Source: Promethearchaeota archaeon (lineage in GTDB: Archaea > Asgardarchaeota > Lokiarchaeia > Sigyniarchaeales > SOKP01). From it: a stretch of DNA of 64,000 nucleotides. The position numbers and the translations under genes are program-made. Shown here piece after piece: positions 1 to 9,430 of this stretch. A model generated the notes under the pieces. The model was not told the DNA's origin, did no database searches, and saw only the letters and a program-made list of their open reading frames with translations. The first letter of the stretch is position 1. Each line of letters begins with the position of its first letter. The stretch spans positions 21,382 to 85,381 of the forward strand of contig JAFGGO010000027.1 in assembly GCA_016930515.1 (NCBI GenBank). The letters are read 5' to 3'.

Positions 1-841
1 TCGAATGGCAACAATAATTCGCTCAATAAATGACGGAAGGGCTTTTTTCATCTTACCAAGGGGCGATTTTACGCTTATAGGAACAACAGATACGGATTAT
101 AACGATGATTTAGCAAATCCATATTGTGCAAAAGAGGACGCAGATTATTTAATTGCTTCCGTGCAATATTACTTTCCAAAGGCGGAACTTGAATACAAAA
201 ACATTGTTTCGGCTTATGCTGGTATAAGGCCCTTGGTAATGCAAAAAGGTAAATCCGAAAGCGAAATATCTAGAAAACACTTGATCTTTTTTTCCGAAGA
301 CGGCTTGTTATCGATCACGGGAGGTAAACTCACGACTTTTAGGAAAATGGCAGAAGATTTATTCTTGGAATTAGAAAAAAAGAACATTTTTAAAGAAATT
401 TCGCGGAACGAAGGTTTTTCAAAGCAATTATATGTGTCATCTTTCGAGAGAGAGATATTTGATGAAAAAGTTAAAAAAATAGATCTTATTTTAGATCAAA
501 AAATAATTGATTTATTATATCAACAATACGGAAGAGGAGCGCTGGAAATCTTAGAGATTGCTTCAGAAAATCCCTCTTATATAGAACCATTAGAAAAAAA
601 CTCACAGTTCATCCCTGCAGAAATAATATATATCCTTCGAAATGAATTTGCACCCCACTTAATTGATGTACTTTGCCGTAGGACTGAAATATCTATTCTT
701 ATTCGGCACGACAAGCAAAAAGGGATTGCAAATAAGGTTGCGAGACTAATGGCATCTGAATATTTGTGGGATGAAAATAAAACCCAAAATGAAATTAGCA
801 TTTATTTAGAACATATTAAAAAATCCGTGGAATTTGTGTAA
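1..841 (+). CDS. glpA: FAD-dependent glycerol-3-phosphate dehydrogenase/oxidase, C-terminal part (runs off the 5' edge of the window)
   Basis: DGRxxFxLP, IGTTDTDY, SAYAGIRPLV, ISRKH, ITGGKLTTFRKMAE and LxDVLxRRT motifs of the GlpA/GlpD family; the N-terminal GxGxxG is absent, so the gene starts upstream of the window. Confidence 0.85.
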   Translation, partial: RMATIIRSINDGRAFFILPRGDFTLIGTTDTDYNDDLANPYCAKEDADYLIASVQYYFPKAELEYKNIVSAYAGIRPLVMQKGKSESEISRKHLIFFSEDGLLSITGGKLTTFRKMAEDLFLELEKKNIFKEISRNEGFSKQLYVSSFEREIFDEKVKKIDLILDQKIIDLLYQQYGRGALEILEIASENPSYIEPLEKNSQFIPAEIIYILRNEFAPHLIDVLCRRTEISILIRHDKQKGIANKVARLMASEYLWDENKTQNEISIYLEHIKKSVEFV

Positions 842-941
842 ACTTAAATTTAAAAAATTGGACTCCGTTAGAATTATATTTAAAACCAATGATAATTAAA
901 GTAACAATAATTCAAAAATTAAAATCTAAAGTGAAACATTC

Positions 942-1601
942 GTGATATTACAAAATGTAGGGGATATTCTCAGACCTGTTGCTGGATATGCTGGGCTGTT
1001 TATGGTGCTCCTTGGAGTTATGTGGCTAATCTTTGGGCTCTACGAAGGATATAGGCGGAAATCATTCAAGGATAGAAAGGTTGAGGATTGGAACTTCAAA
1101 ATCACTAAATTCTTGAAGGGCTTGACATTATTAGGCTTCCTCGTGGGGCTTCTATGCATTATTGTAGGTGTAGTCGGGTTGTTAAATAGGGATGTTCCTC
1201 CTAGTGTTGCTTATGGTGTAGTAGTTGGAGAGAAAATTAACTATTTCACATCCATACTCTTAGTTGTCCTTGGAGTGGTTACATTCATAAAACCTGCTAA
1301 CGACTTACCAATTGCCACGGTTCTAGCTCTTATTGCGGCTTCCGCTATTACTATCGTAGTCGCGCTTATCATACCTGAAAAGGGTTACGCTGTTGTAGAG
1401 GTACTTGAAATAAAATGGGTTCTTGTTGTGTTGTTTATCATCATCTTTGCTCTCTCTGCTATCGTAGTTAAATTCTTTTCGAAAGGCTTTATGACAGCTT
1501 CCAAGGCGATATCTTGGCCTCCTCTTGCGATAATTGTCGCGATCTTTTGCATGCTTCAAGGTTTGCTCGTGATGATAGGATATTCGATCGTTCCTTACTA
1601 A
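942..1601 (+). CDS. Hypothetical multi-pass membrane protein (~6 TM)
   Basis: 219 aa ORF of alternating hydrophobic segments; GTG start; T-rich tract after the stop. Confidence 0.7.
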   Translation: MILQNVGDILRPVAGYAGLFMVLLGVMWLIFGLYEGYRRKSFKDRKVEDWNFKITKFLKGLTLLGFLVGLLCIIVGVVGLLNRDVPPSVAYGVVVGEKINYFTSILLVVLGVVTFIKPANDLPIATVLALIAASAITIVVALIIPEKGYAVVEVLEIKWVLVVLFIIIFALSAIVVKFFSKGFMTASKAISWPPLAIIVAIFCMLQGLLVMIGYSIVPY

Positions 1602-1673
1602 TTAATTTTATTTTTTTTAACATGCTACTTATTTTAATTCATTAACCAATAGCTCTTTTTTTAAATAGTTATT

Positions 1674-2759
1674 TTAATGTGACACAATTCCCAAAATATC
1701 CTTTTTTAAATCTCTTCCACATTTTGGACATGTTTTATCGTTTTTAATATCAATTTTCGTAAACATGTATCCCCTCCTTCCCAGTAAAAGATGTCCACAA
1801 TTTGGACAATAGGTATTGCTTCCCTCTTCGTGATTTATGTTTCCCACATAAGGAAAATAAAGCCCTGCTTTTTTCGCGATATTGTATGCCATATTCAAGG
1901 TTTTCACAGGAGTTCTTTCGTCAGATGGAGCCTTGAAATCTGGGTGGTAGGCTGAAAAATGAGTTGGCGTGTTTTTACCAAGATTTTCAACCACCCAATT
2001 ACATAACAATTCCATATCTTCTTTTTTATCGTTCAAACCTGGGATTATTAAGTTCGTAATTTCTACGTGTATTCCTCCCTCTTTAAATCTCTTTGCAGTG
2101 TCTAATACGGGTTTTACGGACTTTACACCACAGATCTTTTTGTAAAAGTCGTCGCTCATCGCTTTTATATCTATATTAGCGGCGTCAATACCTGCGCTAA
2201 TCAATTCTTCACTTGCTTCGGGAGTGGAATACCCGTTTGTCACTAATATAGTTTTTATATGTTCTTTTTTCATCAACTGGGTGACATCTAAAACCCATTC
2301 GTGCCATATAAGTGGTTCGTTGTAAGTAAATGCGAGGGTTTGTGCCCCGCTCTTGAGAACTTTCTCAATCAACTCTTTTGGATTCATTTCAACGAGCTTC
2401 ATTTCCCGATTTTTGAGTTCTTCGATGTCGTAATACCCCGTTTTACCGTTATCCGAAGGACTTGCTTGGCTAATGGTCCAGTTTTGGCAATTCAAACATC
2501 GAAAAGAACACCCTATCGAAGCTATTGAATACGCAGTGGCTCCAGGCCAAAAATTATATAATGGTTTTTTCTCAATTGGGTCTAAACTACCTTTTGATAT
2601 CAATGAACCGTAAATCAAGGAATAAAAATCTCCACTTATATTTCTTCTCGTTCCACAAATCCCTGTTCTCCCTTCAACGACTATGCATTCGTTCGCGCAC
2701 ACTCGGCATCTCACTTTATTATCGTCAAGTGAATCCCATAATCTAGCTTTAATCTTCAA
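1674..2759 (-). CDS. AmmeMemoRadiSam-type radical SAM enzyme (PFL-activase-like family)
   Basis: N-terminal CxxCxxxC...GxCG, DPIEKKPLYNFWPG, radical SAM CxxxCxxC (CSFRCLNC), FTYNEP, C-terminal CPxCG ribbons. Confidence 0.9.
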   Translation of the reverse strand: MKIKARLWDSLDDNKVRCRVCANECIVVEGRTGICGTRRNISGDFYSLIYGSLISKGSLDPIEKKPLYNFWPGATAYSIASIGCSFRCLNCQNWTISQASPSDNGKTGYYDIEELKNREMKLVEMNPKELIEKVLKSGAQTLAFTYNEPLIWHEWVLDVTQLMKKEHIKTILVTNGYSTPEASEELISAGIDAANIDIKAMSDDFYKKICGVKSVKPVLDTAKRFKEGGIHVEITNLIIPGLNDKKEDMELLCNWVVENLGKNTPTHFSAYHPDFKAPSDERTPVKTLNMAYNIAKKAGLYFPYVGNINHEEGSNTYCPNCGHLLLGRRGYMFTKIDIKNDKTCPKCGRDLKKDILGIVSH

Positions 2760-2861
2760 CTTTTATTCTCACTTTATTTCACAATAGGAATTCCCAAAAG
2801 TAATTAGTCTAAGATTCTTAATATGTATTCCACTTAAAGAAGTAAAAAAGGATTGATCTAA

Positions 2862-3296
2862 ATGGAAGTAAACACAAATGAAATAGTATCTTGGTTTCAA
2901 AAAGGATTAAATTGCTCTCAGTTCGTTTTATCTCGGTTTGGACCACGATTTGGTATAAACGAGCAATGTAGTTTAAAGATAGCAGGTGGATTTGGAGGTG
3001 GAATGACGATGGGAAATACTTGTGGCTCAATTACTGCTGCATTTATGGTTATTGGACTCAAGTTTGAAAAGATCAATGAGGAAAACACAAGCCCACATGA
3101 AATCACTTACCAAAAGATAAGGGAGTTCGTAAATCAATTCACAAAACTCAATAAAACGATCATATGCAACCAATTAACTGGTGTGGATATGTCAACGCTC
3201 GAAGGAAGGGAAAAAGCAAGAAACGAGAATATTTTTCTAACAACCTGTCCTAAAGTAATTCAAGACTCTATAAACATTTTAGAATCCATTCTATAA
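2862..3296 (+). CDS. C_GCAxxG_C_C family putative redox protein
   Basis: NCSQ, GFGGGM, TCGSITAA, later C...C pattern. Confidence 0.85.
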   Translation: MEVNTNEIVSWFQKGLNCSQFVLSRFGPRFGINEQCSLKIAGGFGGGMTMGNTCGSITAAFMVIGLKFEKINEENTSPHEITYQKIREFVNQFTKLNKTIICNQLTGVDMSTLEGREKARNENIFLTTCPKVIQDSINILESIL

Positions 3297-3343
3297 CTTT
3301 AAACAATGTATATAGTACTAAATGATATGTAAAGGTCCAAAAT

Positions 3344-4279
3344 TTGCAAGTTAAAGAAGATATTAGCCTCACTAGAGAAGAAATTGATCAATTAATCAAG
3401 AAAAAATTAATTCTATTAAATGAGATTGATAGAAATCAAGGAAAAGGGTCCGAATATATTCGAATTCTAAGCGAGATCGCATTACTCAAGCTTGAGATTG
3501 AGGAATTCGAAGAATCTGAGAATTATTTTAAGACATGTCTGGCTTTTTTTGAAAAACAGAGCGATAATCTTGGAAAAGCTGCTGTTTTGGGTCTCTTAGG
3601 TGCCCTATTCTATAAGAAGGACCAATTTGAAGAATCTATCAATTATTATCGACAAGGAGATCTATTATACAAGGAACTCCTCCAGTTTAAAGAACAAACA
3701 ACATGCTTAATCGGAATTGGAAGCGCTTATCTGAAATTAAATAAGCTAGACGAAGCAAGCGATATATTTTTTAAATGTAGTGCAATTTGTGCTGACAACC
3801 ACGATGTCTACGGATTATTAGAATGCCTTCAAAATTTAATATTTATCTACGAAAAAGAAGAAAAATGGGATGTTGTCTTTGAATTGTACAAAAAAACCCT
3901 TAAAGCTTTCAAGGAATTAAAAGACCGACAAGGCATGATCGTATCGTATTTTAACTTGGGAATATTAAAAAAAAAAAAAAATTACGAGGAAGCGTTAATC
4001 TATTTCAAAAAAGGAACAAATGTGGCAATTGATTCAAACTATTCTGAATTAATAGTAAAAGGGCTAAGTTATATAGCCGAATGCTTGTTCTATACGGGTA
4101 AAATAAGAGATGCAACGAATCAATTGATAAAAAGCCTCCATTTAGCTGAAGAAATTAAAGCAAAAAACGCGATTATACAAATCTCAGTGTTGTTAAAATC
4201 GTTTGGGCTTAGTGAAACTGATATCCAAGAAAGCCTTAAAAAATATCGCGAAGATAGGAAAATAACGAAAAATAAATAA
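3344..4279 (+). CDS. Tetratricopeptide-repeat protein
   Basis: Repeated ~40-aa helical units (LGxLGAxFY...YxEA/S..Y). Confidence 0.8.
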   Translation: MQVKEDISLTREEIDQLIKKKLILLNEIDRNQGKGSEYIRILSEIALLKLEIEEFEESENYFKTCLAFFEKQSDNLGKAAVLGLLGALFYKKDQFEESINYYRQGDLLYKELLQFKEQTTCLIGIGSAYLKLNKLDEASDIFFKCSAICADNHDVYGLLECLQNLIFIYEKEEKWDVVFELYKKTLKAFKELKDRQGMIVSYFNLGILKKKKNYEEALIYFKKGTNVAIDSNYSELIVKGLSYIAECLFYTGKIRDATNQLIKSLHLAEEIKAKNAIIQISVLLKSFGLSETDIQESLKKYREDRKITKNK

Positions 4280-4326
4280 TTAAATTGACTTTACTTTAAT
4301 AGTAAATTATTTATTCTCTATTAAAG

Positions 4327-5745
4327 ATGAAAAATTGTCCATTTTGTAATCAAGAAGTGAGAGAAACCGATAAGTTTTGCATTCATTGCAAGAAACCACT
4401 TTTAACATTCATCTCGCAGAAGGAGGGTTCCTTAAACAAGAGCTTGCAACCATATAATTACTTACAGTACGAGGACGAGGATCAAGACGAGGAGTTCAAT
4501 ATTTCTGAAATCGATAGCGATGTCATTGACAGAAAAATAAGAAAAATAAGTGCCTCTTTAGAAGCAGCGCAAGCTTCGGGGATTACAACTGGGGATTTAT
4601 TGCTAAAAAAGGCTTCTTTATACTATCAAAAAAGAGATCTCGGAACTTCTGCAAAAATTGTTGAATTAGCTCTTAACTCTTTCGATTCCGAAAACGATCT
4701 GATGAATGTTGCTATATGCCATAACGAACTAGGTTTAATTCAAGAGGATATAGGCATTTACGATGAAGCTATCTATCAGTTTGATAGAGCGATTGACATT
4801 CTTAAAAATCTCGGAGATTCTCAAAAATTAATAAGAACATATAATAACATCGCAAATATTTACCATTTAATTAAAGATTTTGAGCATTCTTACGAATATT
4901 ATAAAAAAGCCATTGACCTAGCTCGAAAAGAAAATCTCGTCATGGAAGAAGTCAAATCGTCCTCAAATTTGGTTGATGTATTATTCTCCTTTAAAAATTA
5001 CGATTCGATCGAAAAAATTCTCGATAGAAACGCGTTTATTTTTAATCAAATCGGAGATATTAATGGTACAATTATTACTTTGATAAAATACGGGAAATTA
5101 AATTTCCACAAAGGACCAAATTACTTCGATAAAGCGCTTAAATTATTTACCGATGCCTTAGATCTTGTTGAAAAGATTAGCGAAAGAATTTCAATCTATT
5201 CAAAATCACAATTGGAATGGGAGTGCTATTTATACATTGGAAAAGTGTATTATAAGAGAAAAAATTACGAAAAAGCCGAAATTAATATTTTAAGAAGCCT
5301 TGAATCACTACGGACCCATGAAATTGAAGATAGTCTTAACCAAGCGTTAGTTTTGAAACTAATAGGTAAGATTTATTCTGCAAAAAATAATTTTATTAAA
5401 GCAGTGGAATATTTCGATTTATCTTCGATAACTTACGAAAAATTCGGGGCATTATATGACAAGGCGTTGGTTAAGATATTGGCTGCTCAAGATATCATGG
5501 AAAGCAACAATGACGATTCAAAAGCCTTAAATTATTATGAAGATGCATTAAATATATTTCAAGAGCAAGGATATGATAAAGAAGTGGCAGATACCTCTCA
5601 AACTTTAGGGGATATTTATATAAAGCTTAATTTGGAAGGAATAGCTCTTGAATATTTTGAAAAAGCTAAAGATACTTACCAAATTTTAAAAGATAAGTTT
5701 AATTCGCAACTCGTTAAGGAAAAAATACAATCCTTGAAAACTTAA
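4327..5745 (+). CDS. Zinc-ribbon plus TPR-repeat protein
   Basis: N-terminal CPFC...FCIHC ribbon followed by many TPR units (NELGLI, NNIANIY, YIGKVY, TLGDIY). Confidence 0.85.
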   Translation: MKNCPFCNQEVRETDKFCIHCKKPLLTFISQKEGSLNKSLQPYNYLQYEDEDQDEEFNISEIDSDVIDRKIRKISASLEAAQASGITTGDLLLKKASLYYQKRDLGTSAKIVELALNSFDSENDLMNVAICHNELGLIQEDIGIYDEAIYQFDRAIDILKNLGDSQKLIRTYNNIANIYHLIKDFEHSYEYYKKAIDLARKENLVMEEVKSSSNLVDVLFSFKNYDSIEKILDRNAFIFNQIGDINGTIITLIKYGKLNFHKGPNYFDKALKLFTDALDLVEKISERISIYSKSQLEWECYLYIGKVYYKRKNYEKAEINILRSLESLRTHEIEDSLNQALVLKLIGKIYSAKNNFIKAVEYFDLSSITYEKFGALYDKALVKILAAQDIMESNNDDSKALNYYEDALNIFQEQGYDKEVADTSQTLGDIYIKLNLEGIALEYFEKAKDTYQILKDKFNSQLVKEKIQSLKT

Positions 5746-6593
5746 GACACAAATGTTTCAATCCCCTCGGTAATTAATGGTAGAAAAGCTAGGCACAGAA
5801 CGATTTCGAATGTACAAAAAAGGATCCAAAACCATTTTACTTTATTAATAGGATATTTTTTATATTCAATAAAAACTAAAATTGGTACGGACCACCAAAA
5901 ATAGTGAGGAACTTGTAAAAAAATTAGCATATCGTTGTAAGATACAACATTTCCACCAACGCCCGAACTCGTGATGAAAGACATCAACACGATACCAAGC
6001 ACGAGAATTAATGCTGGAAAAATCTCTTTTCTGAGTTTTCGTTCGAAGTATAAATTAATTAAAAATAATATTCCGAACGCTATAATTGATGTTAACTTGT
6101 AAAAGGCGAGTAATAAAAAGAGAGGTGCAAACCATTTATCCTTATATTTCTGATACATGTAAAGAGAAAAAGTTATCCATATGTTTGTGTTAAAGAGCAT
6201 TGACCACCAAAAAACCATGAGAATATTACCATATAACCACCACTCCTGATACGAGTTTTTAACATTTTTTAAAATATAGAAAAACATGCCGAAGGTTATC
6301 ATTAAATGGATTGTAAAGCTTAAATACTCCGGTAATAGCATCCATACGCATAAGACGCAAAAGTAATTTAAATAAAGATATCCTTCTACCTCGTATATGT
6401 CTTGACCCATCCAAAAGCGATTCACTGCAATATAATAATAGCGAAAGTCGTGTCCAAAAGGGACTCCATTCACTAGGCGCACGACGCTCGTGATTATGCC
6501 GATGCAAAAAGAAATGAACATGATTGCTAAGAAGGAGTACAATACTTTTTGATTTATACTACTTTCAACGAGCTCATATCCTTCTTTAGACAT
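5742..6593 (-). CDS. Polytopic membrane protein, possibly GT-C fold (GT87/DUF2029-like) glycosyltransferase
   Basis: First TM followed by DFxYYY...G.DIY...YLY loop typical of GT87-like proteins; ~8 TM; shares TTAA stop overlap with the convergent TPR gene. Confidence 0.5.
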   Translation of the reverse strand: MSKEGYELVESSINQKVLYSFLAIMFISFCIGIITSVVRLVNGVPFGHDFRYYYIAVNRFWMGQDIYEVEGYLYLNYFCVLCVWMLLPEYLSFTIHLMITFGMFFYILKNVKNSYQEWWLYGNILMVFWWSMLFNTNIWITFSLYMYQKYKDKWFAPLFLLLAFYKLTSIIAFGILFLINLYFERKLRKEIFPALILVLGIVLMSFITSSGVGGNVVSYNDMLIFLQVPHYFWWSVPILVFIEYKKYPINKVKWFWILFCTFEIVLCLAFLPLITEGIETFVS

Positions 6594-6685
6594 AACTATC
6601 TTAATAATTAATATCTAAATAATATTATGGGAAAGTTACTCAAATAATGAATTAACAAAATGTCAAGATGTGAGGTTATTAACCT

Positions 6686-8290
6686 TCACGGAAGTAAACC
6701 AAGAGAATTTCGCATTTTTTTTTCTGTATCCGTGGTTAATAAGTCTAGGTAGCGTAAAGAGGATATTCCCTTCATCAAACGCTTTTTTATATTTGGATCT
6801 TTTGAAAGGTTCTTGTTCTCGCAGCAAAATTCAAAATTTGACCTTAAAATCATGTCGTCTTCGATTTTATTAACTAAAATTGCTTGAAAATCTTGTAAAG
6901 GGCTTGAAAATATTTCGTAAATCGAACTTGAATCTCCAATTCGTCCTGGAAATACAATACTAATTCGCTCTTCCATCATCTCCTCGTCTTCAATGAACAT
7001 TGCGTATAGTGGCATGTACATCCATCGAATAGGCATTGCAAAGAAATCGGACTTATTGTCGGGTATGGACCATTGTTTCAGTTCTTCGGCTTCTATTAGA
7101 CAAGTATTGTGTTTTTGAACGATTATTTCTGTAATTTGCTTGTACAACGCCTCTAAATCGTCTCTATACGATGTAATCTCTATGACTGCGCTTTCTTGTT
7201 CCTTTTCAATCGTGGTTATTTGGTGATTTCTATCCTGTAGGCGCGTCTGTAAATCTATCTCGTGTTCCTTCAGTTTTTGAGACGCCCTTTCGTCAACTGC
7301 TTTAGCTTTTTCTAAAATATCTTCATATTTTTGCGATAAATTATTTATACTTTCTAAAAGTCTCGTTCCTTGTTCTTTCAGATAATTAAAATGAACTAAA
7401 AATTTTGGTTGAAGATCTTCAAAGACTTTTGATTTGAGACTTTCGTCTCGAGTGAAAAATTTATTTTTTTTTATCATGTCTTCCAAGTTTCTTTCAACGG
7501 TTAAAAAAAGCGTCGAAACACTCTCAATGATTTTTTTCTTTTCTTCCACCCTCCAATTTTCGATCTCGTCCCCCTTATAATCCTTTTGAATTTCAACTTG
7601 TGAATCATCTATTAATGAGGATGTTTTCTTGAGTTGGGAACTAAATCTTTGTTTCACATCAGAAAGATTAACTTTTAAATCTAATAGTTTTTTGTCAACG
7701 AATTTACTGATTAATTCTATTTGATTTTTCCATCTTAGTGCGTTTCCTTTCATTTGTTCGAAGGTTTTTCTGTATTTTTCAGCAATGTCAATGGCCATTT
7801 CTGTTGATAACTTTACATTTAAAGGCATGTAATTCGAAACAGGTTCAATTTTAATAGTTGGGAGCATTTCAACGATTGTTTTAAGGAAATCAGGCGATAA
7901 CAAGCCCTCAATCTCGAGTGATTGGAACTCGGAATCTTCGGACTCGCTTATAATTTCGGCGTCAACATCTTTATATGTTATAATATTTATAATTTGCTGT
8001 AATTGGTCTTTTTCGGTTTTTGTTCCCGTATCGCGTAAAAGGTGTCCAATTAATGGTTGTCTGGGAGGATTAGACAATTTTCCTTTTTTTGACAAGATCG
8101 CTAGACCATCTAATAGTATATGAGTTGAAATAGTTCCCGGAACGCTAGCAAAAGGCCAGAGAAGTCTTGAAAAAGAGAGTATCTTTTCTCCATTCTTTAT
8201 ATCCCTCGTCAATAAATAATAAGCGATGGTTAATTCCTCGTCATCGCGTATGGGTGGCAAATTAGGATTCTTTCGTAAAAAAAAAGGCAA
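6686..8290 (-). CDS. Hypothetical protein with long central coiled coil
   Basis: 534 aa; globular-looking N and C ends flanking ~250 aa of K/E/Q-rich heptads. Confidence 0.75.
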   Translation of the reverse strand: MPFFLRKNPNLPPIRDDEELTIAYYLLTRDIKNGEKILSFSRLLWPFASVPGTISTHILLDGLAILSKKGKLSNPPRQPLIGHLLRDTGTKTEKDQLQQIINIITYKDVDAEIISESEDSEFQSLEIEGLLSPDFLKTIVEMLPTIKIEPVSNYMPLNVKLSTEMAIDIAEKYRKTFEQMKGNALRWKNQIELISKFVDKKLLDLKVNLSDVKQRFSSQLKKTSSLIDDSQVEIQKDYKGDEIENWRVEEKKKIIESVSTLFLTVERNLEDMIKKNKFFTRDESLKSKVFEDLQPKFLVHFNYLKEQGTRLLESINNLSQKYEDILEKAKAVDERASQKLKEHEIDLQTRLQDRNHQITTIEKEQESAVIEITSYRDDLEALYKQITEIIVQKHNTCLIEAEELKQWSIPDNKSDFFAMPIRWMYMPLYAMFIEDEEMMEERISIVFPGRIGDSSSIYEIFSSPLQDFQAILVNKIEDDMILRSNFEFCCENKNLSKDPNIKKRLMKGISSLRYLDLLTTDTEKKMRNSLGLLP

Positions 8291-8419
8291 GATGTTTTGA
8301 TTTCCGTGAATTGAAATGTGATATCCCCTTTAATATGTTTTACTTGATTACCTAATGGAAAACCTCTATTTTAAAATGAATCTTTTTTATAAAAATGTGA
8401 ATTTAAAAACTTAAAAAAA

Positions 8420-9295
8420 TTACTTGAGTTGCTCGACATTATTAGCTATTGCTAATATTAATAATGACGCAATAATGAGTAATGGGGGAATAGTTGCTTC
8501 CATATGAGGCCACCCCATTGTATCAAAAACACCTTGAAAGATTCTTCCAGCGAAATATAGCAAGAAACCAAGTCCATTAAGAGCGTATGATTTTCTTAAT
8601 ACTCCAAAAGTCTTCCATGCTAAGTAGAAAAACATTAATGGAATAAGAAATACTAATAAAGGAGAAAAAACGAAATTATTTAGAAACCTTCCACCTGGTG
8701 TTTTTCCTATTAAATACGCAGATTGATCATACCCCATTTGATAAGCTATATTATAATCAGGGTCTAAAAATAATTCATTATTAAGCAAGAGAACGGAAAT
8801 GCCAACAATAATAGGAATTAATATCAAAATTCCTCTCACGATTAACCTTCGCTTGTCGTTATTAAAAAAAACAACTAAATCTTGCTTAATTTTCGATTCT
8901 TCTTTGATTTCTCTCTCTTTATCAACAGGTGTGGGAAGCAACAAAATTCCTAATACTCCCATAGCAGAGGCAATTCCCATCCATGTGAAAAATGTGGCAA
9001 GTCTATAAACCGTTAACAAGAGTTCCCCGGTAACAGGCGATCCTATTGGATTTTCTACTGAAGCAGCTGGATCGGGAAGGAAAAAATAATAGAGCATGAA
9101 AAAGATCCTTCCTATAGCAAGAGCTAAAGTAACTCCCGCAAAATATATCCAATACATCTTTTTTGAAGTTCTAAACTTGAGTATAAAATAAAAAAACAAC
9201 AATATATAATACCCAATAACAATGAAATATAATCCTAATTCAATAGCGCCCCAATTTGTAAGTCCCATATCATAGCTAGGAATTGCATTTATCAT
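8420..9295 (-). CDS. Hypothetical ~7-TM membrane protein
   Basis: Seven hydrophobic segments and one charged internal loop. Confidence 0.7.
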   Translation of the reverse strand: MINAIPSYDMGLTNWGAIELGLYFIVIGYYILLFFYFILKFRTSKKMYWIYFAGVTLALAIGRIFFMLYYFFLPDPAASVENPIGSPVTGELLLTVYRLATFFTWMGIASAMGVLGILLLPTPVDKEREIKEESKIKQDLVVFFNNDKRRLIVRGILILIPIIVGISVLLLNNELFLDPDYNIAYQMGYDQSAYLIGKTPGGRFLNNFVFSPLLVFLIPLMFFYLAWKTFGVLRKSYALNGLGFLLYFAGRIFQGVFDTMGWPHMEATIPPLLIIASLLILAIANNVEQLK

Positions 9296-9430
9296 GTTTA
9301 AACACCATTAATAGATCTAATTTTTATAGTTATAATTTATTATAAAACAATCTTATTTAATTCTTTAGATATCTCAAAATACAAATATCATTATTAATTT
9401 TTCTACTTATTAAAAAATAATATCAAGCTC

